Source of the DNA: Patescibacteria group bacterium
Lineage (GTDB): Bacteria > Patescibacteriota > Gracilibacteria > UBA4473
Assembly (NCBI GenBank): GCA_965660445.1
Contig: CBFIAK010000002.1
Coordinates: 76,867 to 140,866 of the forward strand
Direction: 5' to 3'
DNA length: 64,000 nt
Shown here: positions 31,539 to 41,823 of the stretch, one piece after another
Layout of the letters: each line of letters starts with the position of its first letter
Position numbering within the stretch: position 1 is the first letter of the stretch
The notes under the pieces: generated by a model
The model's database searches: none
What the model was told of the DNA's origin: nothing
What the model saw: only the letters and a program-made list of their open reading frames with translations
Made by a program: the position numbers and the translations under genes

Positions 31539-33908
31539 TTAATTTCGTGCTTCAAGAATGATCTTGAGAGCTTCTGCTTTTGTGAGTGGGGTATGGGGAT
31601 CAAACTGGTCTGGGGTTCTTCCTTGTATGAGACCTCTTCGAGAAGCTTCATTGATCCATGGCTTTTCCCAGCCTTGACTGTCTTCAAACTGCGCAGGAGT
31701 ATTATTTTCTTCTTCACTAGGAGTATAGGAAAGACTGGCTAGTAATATTTTTACTCCTTCTGCACGGGTGAGGGGATTGTGCGGACGGAGGGTGTTATCG
31801 GAGTATCCCTGAAGGATTTCTTTTTCAAAAAGAAGTACCATAGCCTGAAAGAGCGGATCTTCTGGATTTATATCTGTGAATGGAATATTCTCTTTTTGTG
31901 GTATTTGGTTTGGAAAAAGTACTCGTTGAAGAATAGTGCTAAAATCGTTTCGACTCATGGGGTCGTCAATAAGGAGTTCTCCTGCTTCTGTTGGAAAAAA
32001 TATGCCTTCAAAAAGAGCTTCTCTTATAAAAGGATCGGCCCAATGGCTTAAGGGATATTCTTCGAAGAAAGCAATATCAAATGCTTTCTTTTCAGTTCGT
32101 CCATCTTTGGTTATGGAAATACATACTGATGGAATACAAAAATCTATTTCGTCACTGACACTTAAATAAGGAGCAATGATATCGGGTTTGAATTGTAGGA
32201 GCGCATCTGTGGCTTGCGAATAAGGGGCGAGTGTTAGTTTTGGAAAATGAGAAAAAGTGTGATAGTCAAATGTTTGCCATCGATTATTTGGGTGTTTATA
32301 TATTGATTTTTGTAATCGGAATGTCTGTAATGGTGATGATGTGGTTTGAGAAAAACATGATTTCTGGTTTTTGATGTGTTGTGCGAATAATGTGTAAGGG
32401 GTGATTCCGTCTGCACAAGGATATTGAAGTCCTGTTGTTTGCATGAGAATATAGAGGTCTTGTGTGTCTGATTCGCTTACGTTTTCACTTTGTATTTTTT
32501 CTTGTAAAAAAGCATGGGCCCATGTTTGATTGATGGTATTTATGAACGATGTATTTTCTATTAGTTCATGACGTTCTACAGAAAAATAAGACTGAAACTG
32601 TGTACTTTTATTTGGTGTTATTTTTGGATATCGGTTTTCGTGGTTTTGTATATCGTATGATGTATGCCAATTATTCCATTCTGAGATCCATTGATTTTTT
32701 TCAATGGGAGCGACAGTGCTTCGATAGAGCCGAAATGCAAACCCATTAAATTTTTGAGCAACGAGTTCGGCGTCATTGGTTTCTGATTCGCGAAAATAGA
32801 ATGGAAATAGAGTTTTGTTTGTCTGATTTTGTGTTGATGATGGAGGATTTATATCGTTACTAAAAAAGAGAAAAACATGGTCTTGGGGAAGTGATTGCGT
32901 ATCGAGTGAGTCAAAAATAGTGTTACTGTCCATGACACCAACGGGTTGTGTTGTCGATAAAAGTTGAAAAAATGATTTCTTAAACGAAAACGAGTTTAAT
33001 TGAAATTCTTCGTTATACCACTGGAGTGATTCGTCTGCAAAAGCGATTCGAATATTTGTTTGAGGAGAGAGTGTATCGAGCAAAAACCGAATCCATGCGA
33101 TTGTTCGATCCCAACTACCATCTTTCATTGAGCCTGAGCGATCGAGTATGATGGATATATGTTGGGGGAATTCTGGTTTTTTTGCAGGCATAAATGATGT
33201 TGTATAACTATGCCATAGACCCTGAGACTGTATTGTTGCATTTGGTGTATGAGAAAATAAGAGAGAGAGGTTTTCTGAGGAAATGTAATCACTGTATACC
33301 CATTTTCCAGAATAACCTTCTGTGTGAAAATTTTCTTTTTCAGGATTGAAAAGTGGGGGAATGACGTGTTGGAGTGGCTCTTGTGTATTGATTCCGATTT
33401 CGGCAACAAACTTTTTGGATTGAATGTTATCATTCGTGAAAATATGAAGGGATTTAAAATCATTGAGAGTTTTCATCTTTTGCTGAAACCGTATTTTAAT
33501 AATTTTTTCTTCTTGTGCATGAAAACGAATAGTTTCAGATTTGAGTAGTTTTGGGAATTGCGAATCAAAGAGTCTTAGTGTTGAATAATTTTTGTGTTCT
33601 TTGTAGGTATTAAAAATTTCATTTTTTCTTTCTTCTCCTTCAAGGAATGTGTGAGGGATGGCATCAAAGTCATCGAATATTTGTATATTTGATGTATCGG
33701 ATGAAAACGGAAAGAAAAATGTGATATCTTGTGGTTCTTGTGTTGTGTTTTTTAGGGTTGATTGAATAGTTATAGACCCTTCTTGTGAATTTGTTTGCAT
33801 CTGAATGGTATGATGTGTTCGTTCGATAGTGTTATTATTCCATAGGCCATGAACACTGAATGGTGTTGTGATGAATAAAAGAAGGAGTATAGAGCGATAC
33901 AGATTCAT
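31539..33908 (-). CDS. Secreted VIT/vWA protein with C-terminal S-layer homology (SLH) domains
   Basis: Signal peptide; MIDAS ILDRSGSM; SLH motifs ILQGYSDNTLRPHNPLTRAE and LIQGRTPDQFDPHTPLTKAE. Confidence 0.85.
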   Translation of the reverse strand: MNLYRSILLLLFITTPFSVHGLWNNNTIERTHHTIQMQTNSQEGSITIQSTLKNTTQEPQDITFFFPFSSDTSNIQIFDDFDAIPHTFLEGEERKNEIFNTYKEHKNYSTLRLFDSQFPKLLKSETIRFHAQEEKIIKIRFQQKMKTLNDFKSLHIFTNDNIQSKKFVAEIGINTQEPLQHVIPPLFNPEKENFHTEGYSGKWVYSDYISSENLSLLFSHTPNATIQSQGLWHSYTTSFMPAKKPEFPQHISIILDRSGSMKDGSWDRTIAWIRFLLDTLSPQTNIRIAFADESLQWYNEEFQLNSFSFKKSFFQLLSTTQPVGVMDSNTIFDSLDTQSLPQDHVFLFFSNDINPPSSTQNQTNKTLFPFYFRESETNDAELVAQKFNGFAFRLYRSTVAPIEKNQWISEWNNWHTSYDIQNHENRYPKITPNKSTQFQSYFSVERHELIENTSFINTINQTWAHAFLQEKIQSENVSESDTQDLYILMQTTGLQYPCADGITPYTLFAQHIKNQKSCFSQTTSSPLQTFRLQKSIYKHPNNRWQTFDYHTFSHFPKLTLAPYSQATDALLQFKPDIIAPYLSVSDEIDFCIPSVCISITKDGRTEKKAFDIAFFEEYPLSHWADPFIREALFEGIFFPTEAGELLIDDPMSRNDFSTILQRVLFPNQIPQKENIPFTDINPEDPLFQAMVLLFEKEILQGYSDNTLRPHNPLTRAEGVKILLASLSYTPSEEENNTPAQFEDSQGWEKPWINEASRRGLIQGRTPDQFDPHTPLTKAEALKIILEARN

Positions 33909-33920
33909 TTTTAGAGGGTA

Positions 33921-34544
33921 TTAGAAAGGATATCGGACAAATAGGGCTACTTTTTTTGCAAACTGAGTAAGGCTCGGCACTACTTTCTCATTGAGCCAAT
34001 GTTGTGTATAGGCATTAAATCTACTCGAAAGGGCATTGTGTTTTTGTCGATGGAGAGACCGTTCTTTTCGAGCATAGTTTTGATCAATACTAAACATGAC
34101 TTTTTGTTTTCCTACCTCAAAGAGTTCACTTGTTTTTTGTTGGCACCATCTTTTGGCTGCATCAGTATTACTCAGACTTATATTTTGTGGGTTGCATTGT
34201 TGAAAAACAGAAAAACAAATTTCCTGTAAGCACGTATTATGTGACCTGAGAGCGTGTATGGTTATTGGAACAAGTGATTGTGGGTGTGATTGATTGTCTT
34301 GAAAGACCTGATCAATCGTGTGATCATGAAAAAAATCAACTTCTTTTCTCATTAAATTCGATGCAACAAGTTCAGTGTTTCGATTATTACTGCATTCTTT
34401 TATAAATTCCTCTTGAATACTATTTGTGTTCTGTGTGTATTGGCAAAGTGTGTTTGCGCTTGTATCTTTGGTTGGTAATATATTTATTGTAATTAAAAAA
34501 GCACAGGTGTATACAAGATTGTATTTATTTTTTTTTGTCTTCAT
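33921..34544 (-). CDS. Hypothetical secreted Cys-containing protein
   Basis: Signal-like N-terminus and several Cys. Confidence 0.6.
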   Translation of the reverse strand: MKTKKNKYNLVYTCAFLITINILPTKDTSANTLCQYTQNTNSIQEEFIKECSNNRNTELVASNLMRKEVDFFHDHTIDQVFQDNQSHPQSLVPITIHALRSHNTCLQEICFSVFQQCNPQNISLSNTDAAKRWCQQKTSELFEVGKQKVMFSIDQNYARKERSLHRQKHNALSSRFNAYTQHWLNEKVVPSLTQFAKKVALFVRYPF

Positions 34545-34725
34545 TATTCTTATATTAAAGGATATTTTTGTTGTTGCAAGTGTATACTTTTCTTGAATTT
34601 GTATAAAAAAATGAATCGATTGTTTTTGCAATGTGAAAACGAGTAAAAAATTTGCACATATACAAAAAATTTGTTTACAATGTGCTTGTCTGAACTTCGA
34701 GTTATTCTTTAAAACCCTTCTGGTT

Positions 34726-35997
34726 ATGTATAGTAAATTTTTATTTCTCTCGATTTCCTCCTTTTTGGTTTTTGTGCCAAGTGCTTTTTCTCAGGAGGTT
34801 GTTCGTCCTGATATTGGAGCTGAAGATCTTTACTATTATAATCATGTGAAATTTGACGAAGTGGTGTCTCCTGAAGATACAACTGTGCTCAGTGGAGAGT
34901 CTCTTGTGACTCTTGAAGGGAGCGGTTCTGTGACTGTTATTAATAAGAAGATAGATAGTACGGGGAGTTTAAGAGTGACTGTTTTTGGTGGTACGGAAAT
35001 TCGTAATTATCGTGAGAGAGTTCAAGATTCTGTAAATTATTCATGGTGGGACGGTTTATTAACTGCTCCGGTTGTTGTTCAGCAACCACAGCTCAGTGAT
35101 ATTCAATTTACAGGTGTGGCGGCTTCTTTGGATTCTCGAAAATTAGTTTATGCAGCTTATGGTATGGGAAAATCAAATGAAGAATATCGTTTTTCTCAGC
35201 CGGCTATGTTTGTTTTTCCAGTTGTAAAACCAGAAGGAACGAAAATATGGATTGCTCAGCGTGGAGTAGGGGAATCTCAATGGAATGTAGGAGAGAATGA
35301 TTATTGTTTTATTGAAGATGGTATGTGTATTGTGGCTTTATCAAATGTGTCAGAGCTTGCCTTAATTGAACAGCTTTATTCTCGGTGTCCTCAAACGCAT
35401 GTAGGCGTTGTTCAAAATGGTGAATTTGTGGGACCTCCGACTTGTGCTATACAGTGTTATAATGGATATTCTTTTGATGCAACGCTTGAATCTTGTGTTC
35501 GTGCTTCTAGGACAAGTGGTTCTTCTTATGAAGTTCGTCCAGGAACGTTTCGATTTGTTGATGCTCGAGGGCAACTTGACCGTCATTTTGATTTAGATCT
35601 TGCTGCAACAGGAGATAAAGAACATGATGATCGTTTGCGTATTCAAAATGCATCATCCCAAAAAACAGTTCGAGAACAAATGGAGCGTGATACTGATCGA
35701 GAGGATAGTTTTCGTGCGGAAATGAATGGTTCTGATGATGGGAGTGATAATGATGGGTTTATGAATTATTTATTACAGATTCGAAATTCGTTTGAGCCCA
35801 ATAATAATGTTTTTTCAGCTACAACATCTATTGAAGGAAATAATGAGAATGAAAATATTGATGGTGCTGCAACAAATGGAGATGATGCATATCATGCATC
35901 AGCACCGTTACTGCCGAGTACTGGGGCAGGTGTGTTTTTAACATTGATTATTCTTGGTATGGTGATTATGGTTTTTGCCCGAAGGCGGCATATGTAA
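34726..35997 (+). CDS. Secreted surface protein with LPXTG sorting signal
   Basis: Signal peptide; Cys-rich module; C-terminal LPSTG + hydrophobic helix + RRR. Confidence 0.8.
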   Translation: MYSKFLFLSISSFLVFVPSAFSQEVVRPDIGAEDLYYYNHVKFDEVVSPEDTTVLSGESLVTLEGSGSVTVINKKIDSTGSLRVTVFGGTEIRNYRERVQDSVNYSWWDGLLTAPVVVQQPQLSDIQFTGVAASLDSRKLVYAAYGMGKSNEEYRFSQPAMFVFPVVKPEGTKIWIAQRGVGESQWNVGENDYCFIEDGMCIVALSNVSELALIEQLYSRCPQTHVGVVQNGEFVGPPTCAIQCYNGYSFDATLESCVRASRTSGSSYEVRPGTFRFVDARGQLDRHFDLDLAATGDKEHDDRLRIQNASSQKTVREQMERDTDREDSFRAEMNGSDDGSDNDGFMNYLLQIRNSFEPNNNVFSATTSIEGNNENENIDGAATNGDDAYHASAPLLPSTGAGVFLTLIILGMVIMVFARRRHM

Positions 35998-36030
35998 TTT
36001 TCTGACTTATTCCAGAGGGTTAAAAATTAA

Positions 36031-36079
36031 ATCCGAGAGGAGGATCGGCTTAAACCGCCTTTCTCTCGGGTTTTTTTTA
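36031..36079 (+). terminator. Intrinsic terminator
   Basis: CCGAGAG...CTCTCGG stem followed by a T8 tract. Confidence 0.75.
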
Positions 36080-36369
36080 TGCACATTCCTCGTTGTTTTT
36101 TTTAGAATGCTTTTGTTTTCTTTTTTTTTTGAGTAATTAAATTGTTCATCGTGTATACAATTTGTATTACTCTTACTTCATAAGAAAAATATTTTCTTAG
36201 CAATACAATTCGCTTTGTTTTTCTTTTTTTCTTTTTTTTAGTGATTTACAATAAAGAGTGAAATAAAGAGAAACCCTCCTCTTTTCTTTCACCCCCTGTT
36301 ATTTTCTTCTTTTCTTATATCTGTCTATAATTTTTTTTATGCAGTATGGGAAAAAAATGAAATATCCTC

Positions 36370-39012
36370 TTGTTTTTTGTCATCACGAGGGAAAAAAATC
36401 TTATGAAGATTCTTTTTCGAAGGAATATCTGGAAGGCCTGTGTATTGTGTCTTCTATATTGTATAAATATTTTATACAAAAATACGGCTTATGAGTCGTT
36501 TTTTTGGCGTGTTAATACAAAAAGTGTGATATATGCGAGTTATATTTTTGATAGAAATTTATCAAACTATGATACACCTGCTGGATTTTATTTTCAGTAT
36601 CGTCCGAATGGAGTTGCTTGTAGTGTGGGTGAATTTTTAGAGTACACAAATGATGCGAATGGTGATTCTACTACGGGTGATTTTGGATGGATTTGTGCTT
36701 CTGCGGGGGGTGGAAGTACTTTTTCTCTTGATGCGGCTGATGGGAGTCCAACGGATGTTGTGTATGTGGATAATGATGGAAATGTTGGGATTGGAACAAC
36801 GGTCCCAAATGCTGAGCTGGATGTAGTAGGGGATGTGATTTTTCAGAGTATGAATGCGGAGGGTTTTGTTAAAAACACAGCTACGGGACTTTTATCAGGA
36901 GGAAATACTATTGGAGGAGGGGATATATCTGGGTTTACGCAAGGATCTATTCCGTTTGCGGGGGCATCTGGGTTAATAGAAGATAATGCTGGTTTGTTTT
37001 GGGACTCGGTAAATCAGTTCTTAGGGGTGGGAACTGCATCTCCGGGGGCTCAAATTGTTGTGGGAGATGATGTAGGAAGAAGTTTTGTGTCAGGAATTGG
37101 TGATGTTTTTATTGCGAATGATTTAGAAATTGGAGGGACTTTATATGGATCGGTCTTGGGGTTACAACTGGGGAATGATCTTGATCTTGATGGGAACCAA
37201 ATGCTCAATACTCGTATAGAAAATATTGCCGTTCCTCCTGCTTGTGTAGCTGGTTGGGAAGGGCGATTATATTTTAACACCGCTAATAGCCAAACCTATG
37301 TTTGTAATGGATCGAGTTGGGTTCAGCTTGATTCAACCATTACTTCAGGAGCACTCGCGGCTGTGCAAATTCGTCGGACAACAACATTTTCACTTGCTGC
37401 TGCAGGAACTTGGTATGATGTGCCCTTTAATACAACTGATGTTGAAAATACACCTGGAATTTTAGAACACAATAATACAAATACGGAAAGGGTAGATGTT
37501 AAAGACGATGGACTCTATCAAATTACATATCGGTTTCGAGCGAATGATGGGGGAACAACACATACTATTTTAAGTCGACTACAGCTCAATGGAGCTTCGG
37601 TTATTAATGGATCTCTTTCTGGAGAAACGAATTATCAAAATGAGTTTGGGGTAGTGCAGGCAACAGTTTTAGCTCAACTAACAGCAAATGATTATGTAAC
37701 ACTGCAAGTGCAACGATCAACAAATAATCAAATAGAAGCAGATGCTTTGTTATCAGTTATAAAACTTGAGGGCGTGAAAGGGGATCCAGGGCCTGCAGGA
37801 GCAGATGGAGTAGATGGAGCTCCGGGGGGAACAACGGTTGATATACAAGAAAATGATGTCGTCATTTCGAATGATATTGCTATTTTGAATTTTGAAGGAG
37901 CGGCATCGGTTATTGATGAAGGAGGGAATAAAGTAACCGTTACTTGGATTTCGCCATTTGCTTCAGGAGAAATGTCAGCGGTACAAGCACGAAGAACAAC
38001 TACCTTTACCCTTCCCGCACTCAATACTTGGTATGATATCCCATTAAACGTGACTGATTTAGAAAATAATACCGCCGTACTGGAACACAATAACACCAAT
38101 ACAGAACGTATTGATGCAAAAGAAGCAGGGCTTTATCAGATAACCTATAGAGTGCGTGCGAATGACGGGGGTACAACCCATACGGTAAACACACGAGTAC
38201 AGCTCAACGGATCAACAGTATTGGCCCCTTCGCTCGCAGGAGAAACAAACTATCAGAACGAATTTGGTACTATATTGAATACTTTTTTAGTTCAACTAAG
38301 TGCAAATGATTATTTAACACTTCAAGCACAAAGAACGACGGCGAATCAGATAGAAGCAGAAGCTTTGTTTTCTGTAGTAAAAATGGAGGGGGTTTAAGGA
38401 TCTCCTGGGCCTGCAGGGGCAGATGGAGTAGATGGTGCTCCGGGGGGAACAACGGTCGATGTGCAGCAAAGTGATTCTCTTATTGCAAGTGATATTGCTA
38501 TTTTGAATTTTGAAGGGGCGTCTGTAGTAGATAATGGGGGGAATAAGGTAACCGTTACGATGGGAGCAACGTCTCAAATATTTTATGGATATGATTCTAC
38601 TGGCGGATCTGCCATTACAACTACATCAACAGTCCTGAATATTGATACGGCGCCTCTTGCTGATGCTGCGTATACGCTGACGAATGATGTAATTACCTTT
38701 AATCAAGCAGGGGTATATAGAGTTATTGCTCATATGACAGCAGAAGCTCAGAATTCTGGTGCACAGCGATCTTCTGTGCAGTTTCGAGCTGAAAAAGATA
38801 CGGGAGGAGGGTTTGTGAATGTTCCAGGGGCGTTATGTCAGGACTATATGAGACGAGTAAATCCAAGTGATTCTTCGGTGTCGTGTAGTTTTTCGTTTTT
38901 TGATTCGTTTTCAATAGGGGATCAATTGCGTTTTTCAACTCAGTCTTTGAACTCGACGGGATCCCAAACAGTGAGTGGGGGATCGGGGGTGACTATAGAA
39001 TTCATTCGTTAA
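36370..39012 (+). pseudogene. Fibre/adhesin-like protein with C1q/BclA-like domains and short collagen segments, interrupted by an in-frame TAA at 38395-38397
   Basis: ORFs 36370-38397 and 38461-39012 share a frame. 618-bp internal repeat; GNVGIGTT motif; G-X-Y run GVKGDPGPAGADGVDGAPG. The N-terminal ~60 codons look non-coding. Confidence 0.75.
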
Positions 39013-39159
39013 AAAAGAGGAGGGTCTTTTTTAAAAAAAAGAAAAAAAATGGTTTTTTTGAGTATGGTTTTTGTGGGGAAATAAAAAAAGTCTGTTTTTT
39101 TTTGACAAAAGATGAGAAAACCATAAAAATCTGCACGCTAAAAAATATTGTTTATTGCT

Positions 39160-39417
39160 ATGAAAGATACTCTTCATCCAGCCGTTCATCCTGTTATATT
39201 TCGAGATTTGGGAGCTCAAAAAGATTTCTTTGGAAAATCAACGTTGACTTCTGAAGAAAAAGAAAAAATAAAAGGAGTTGAATATTTTATTATTCATATG
39301 GAAGTTACTTCTGCATCTCATCCGTTTTATACAGGAAAACAGAAATTCTTGGATACGTCTGGTCGTGTGGAAAAATTCCAAAAACGAATGGAACAAGCGA
39401 AAGCAAAATCACAATAA
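39160..39417 (+). CDS. rpmE2: 50S ribosomal protein L31, type B (no Cys)
   Basis: MKDTLHP..HPVIFRD...[26 protein letters not shown]. Confidence 0.95.
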   Translation: MKDTLHPAVHPVIFRDLGAQKDFFGKSTLTSEEKEKIKGVEYFIIHMEVTSASHPFYTGKQKFLDTSGRVEKFQKRMEQAKAKSQ

Positions 39418-39444
39418 AAATAATTATTTTAATCTTTTCTTCTT

Positions 39445-39690
39445 ATGTCTAAAAAACCAGTACCGTCCAAGAAACAAGCCGTTAGTTCTACTCGTTCAAG
39501 ACACGGTAAATATGTCGCATTACAAAGAAAACGACTAGAAGAAGGAGTTGTGCTTGATACTTGTCCTACAACGGGAGAGGTAAAACGACGTCACTTTGCT
39601 TCTGAAAGTGGTTATTATAAAGGAAAAAAATTGTTTGATACCAAAGCGGATAAGCAGTCGAAAAATGTTATTCGTGAAATTCAGGCATAG
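39445..39690 (+). CDS. rpmF: 50S ribosomal protein L32
   Basis: PVPSKKQAVSSTRSR...CPTTGEVKRRH...GYYKGK. Confidence 0.9.
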   Translation: MSKKPVPSKKQAVSSTRSRHGKYVALQRKRLEEGVVLDTCPTTGEVKRRHFASESGYYKGKKLFDTKADKQSKNVIREIQA

Positions 39691-39729
39691 TGTTGGTGTT
39701 TCTTTTTCCATTCTCTTTTCTATCTCCGT

Positions 39730-40182
39730 ATGTCTCATAACAAAAAAGAACGTCATGAAAGCCGTGTAATGGCTGTAGAAGGACTTTTTAATTACTTACT
39801 GCGTGATGAGTACGGATCTCCTGTGAGTATAAAAGATGTGTTAGATCACGTTTTTTCTTTGCACGAAGTGAAAGGGAACGATTTTACTGAATCTTTAGTA
39901 CGTATCACCCTTGATAACCTTTCAAAGATTAAGGTTGTTTTAAAAGTGTATGCTCCTGAATTCACATTTGATAAAATTGCGCCTATTAACCGATCAATTT
40001 TAATTTTAGGGTTATCAGAGTTGAAATATTTTGATACGCCACCTATTGTGGTTATTAACGAATATATAGAAATCGCAAAAGAGTTCGGAGAAGATAAATC
40101 TGCTGGGTTTGTGAATGGTGTGCTTGATGCATTTCGGAAAAATATTGGAAAAGAACGAGAGAATGAATTAGAATCACAATAG
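39730..40182 (+). CDS. nusB: Transcription antitermination factor NusB
   Basis: RHESRVMAV, INRSIL, VVINEYIEIAKEFG..SAGFVNGVLD. Confidence 0.95.
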   Translation: MSHNKKERHESRVMAVEGLFNYLLRDEYGSPVSIKDVLDHVFSLHEVKGNDFTESLVRITLDNLSKIKVVLKVYAPEFTFDKIAPINRSILILGLSELKYFDTPPIVVINEYIEIAKEFGEDKSAGFVNGVLDAFRKNIGKERENELESQ

Positions 40183-40197
40183 TTTTTTTATTTTTGC

Positions 40198-40914
40198 ATG
40201 TTTGTTTACCCTCAACCGTTGTTTGACCATATTGGTTTTACTCTTGAAAATACAGATCGCCTACAAGAGGTGTTTACTCATCGTTCTGCGGTCAATGAAC
40301 ATTCTGATTTTTCTTCTCATAATGAACGATTGGAGTTTTTAGGAGATGCGGTATTGGAACTCATTGCAACTGATTTTTTATTCGATCGGTTTTCGGATTT
40401 TTCAGAAGGCGATTTAACAAATATTCGTTCAGCATTAGTGCGAGGGGATCATTTAGCAGCAATAGCACGTCGCTTGGATTTTGGGGCATATCTTATCTTA
40501 TCACGTGGGGAACGACGATCTGGTGGGGCAGAAAAAGATTACTTACTAGCGAATGTATTAGAAGCTTTTATAGGGGCGGTGTATTTAGAAAAAGGTTTTA
40601 TGGGAGCGTATGATTTTGTAAAACGTTTTATTCTTGTTGATGTTGATGATATTTTAGCTTCAAATACTCATATCGATGCGAAATCAGAGTTTCAAGAACT
40701 CGTACAGGAGCGGTATGGCATAACACCTTATTATAAAGTTATTCATGAATCTGGGCTTGATCATGAAAAAACATTTGAAGTAGAAGCTTTTGTAGAAAAT
40801 ATTTCAGTTGGAAAAGGATCAGGTCGATCCAAAAAAGAGGCACAGTCGAAAGCAGCATTACAGGCATTGGAAACAAAAGATAAATGGATTTCTTTCTTGT
40901 CTGAGCAACAATGA
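40198..40914 (+). CDS. rnc: Ribonuclease III
   Basis: HNERLEFLGDAVL; dsRBD DAKSEFQE...GRSKKEAQ. Confidence 0.97.
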   Translation: MFVYPQPLFDHIGFTLENTDRLQEVFTHRSAVNEHSDFSSHNERLEFLGDAVLELIATDFLFDRFSDFSEGDLTNIRSALVRGDHLAAIARRLDFGAYLILSRGERRSGGAEKDYLLANVLEAFIGAVYLEKGFMGAYDFVKRFILVDVDDILASNTHIDAKSEFQELVQERYGITPYYKVIHESGLDHEKTFEVEAFVENISVGKGSGRSKKEAQSKAALQALETKDKWISFLSEQQ

Positions 40915-41363
40915 ATAATCTCATCTCTGTGTTGTCTGTTTTCTTCCTTGTTTTTCTGGATCAATCGGTGAAATACTTTCTCCTCTCTTGGGTGTCTGCT
41001 TTGCCGATTCAGATATTTTCATTTTTTTCACTCAAGCTTGTTCTTAATGATGGCATTGCGTTTTCTTTTCCGTTTCCTTTGCCTTTGCTTCTGCTCCTTT
41101 CATTTCTGTTTTTAGGAGTGTTATTTTTCTTTTTTTTATCAATTCATTTATGGACATTGGAGCGTATTGGTTTTTTATTTCTTTTGTCAGGTGGTATTGG
41201 CAATCTTATTGATCGGTGTTTTCGAGACGGGGTTGTTGATTTTCTGTCTTTTTTTCAGTTTCCTATTTTTAATATTGCTGATGTGTGTATTTCATTAGGA
41301 GTTTTATACTTATTTTTTTATTACGCAAAAACAGATTGGTTGTCTCAAACACAAAAAAAGTAG
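40911..41363 (+). CDS. lspA: Lipoprotein signal peptidase II
   Basis: LDQSVK, NDGIAFS, GGIGNLIDR, VVDF, FNIAD. Confidence 0.95.
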   Translation: MNNLISVLSVFFLVFLDQSVKYFLLSWVSALPIQIFSFFSLKLVLNDGIAFSFPFPLPLLLLLSFLFLGVLFFFFLSIHLWTLERIGFLFLLSGGIGNLIDRCFRDGVVDFLSFFQFPIFNIADVCISLGVLYLFFYYAKTDWLSQTQKK

Positions 41364-41406
41364 AACTATTGGGTTCTGCTTTTTTTACTTTTCTCTGAAA
41401 ATGTTT

Positions 41407-41775
41407 TTATTTCTTTGTTGTTTTTGTCTTTTTTGTACTTGATTGAGTCGCTTTTTTTGTCTTTGGAGCAGCTTTTTTAGATTGAGTTTTTAATTCTGTT
41501 TTTGCAGTCGACGTGTGTTGAGGATTAATCATTTTTGAAAGAGCTGATTTTTTTCGAGCTCCATTGTTTTGATGTATGATGTTTTTTTTCACTGCCATAT
41601 CAATTGCTTTTTGTACACTTGGAAACAATTTAATTGCTTCATCTTGTTTTTGTGTTGTAATAAGTTTTGTAAACTCTTTGATGAGTTCTCGATATTTTCG
41701 TTTTGTGATTCGGTTTCGAATTTGTCGTGTTTCTGATTGACGTACACGTTTTATAGCTGATTTAATCAATGGCAT
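41407..41775 (-). CDS. rpsT: 30S ribosomal protein S20 with Lys/Thr-rich C-terminal extension
   Basis: MPLIKSAIKRVRQSE...IDMAVKKNIIHQNNGARKKS. Confidence 0.95.
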   Translation of the reverse strand: MPLIKSAIKRVRQSETRQIRNRITKRKYRELIKEFTKLITTQKQDEAIKLFPSVQKAIDMAVKKNIIHQNNGARKKSALSKMINPQHTSTAKTELKTQSKKAAPKTKKATQSSTKKTKTTKK

Positions 41776-41823
41776 GATGGAAATATAATGAAAATAAGCC
41801 TGCGAAATGTATAGATTTTTGTT

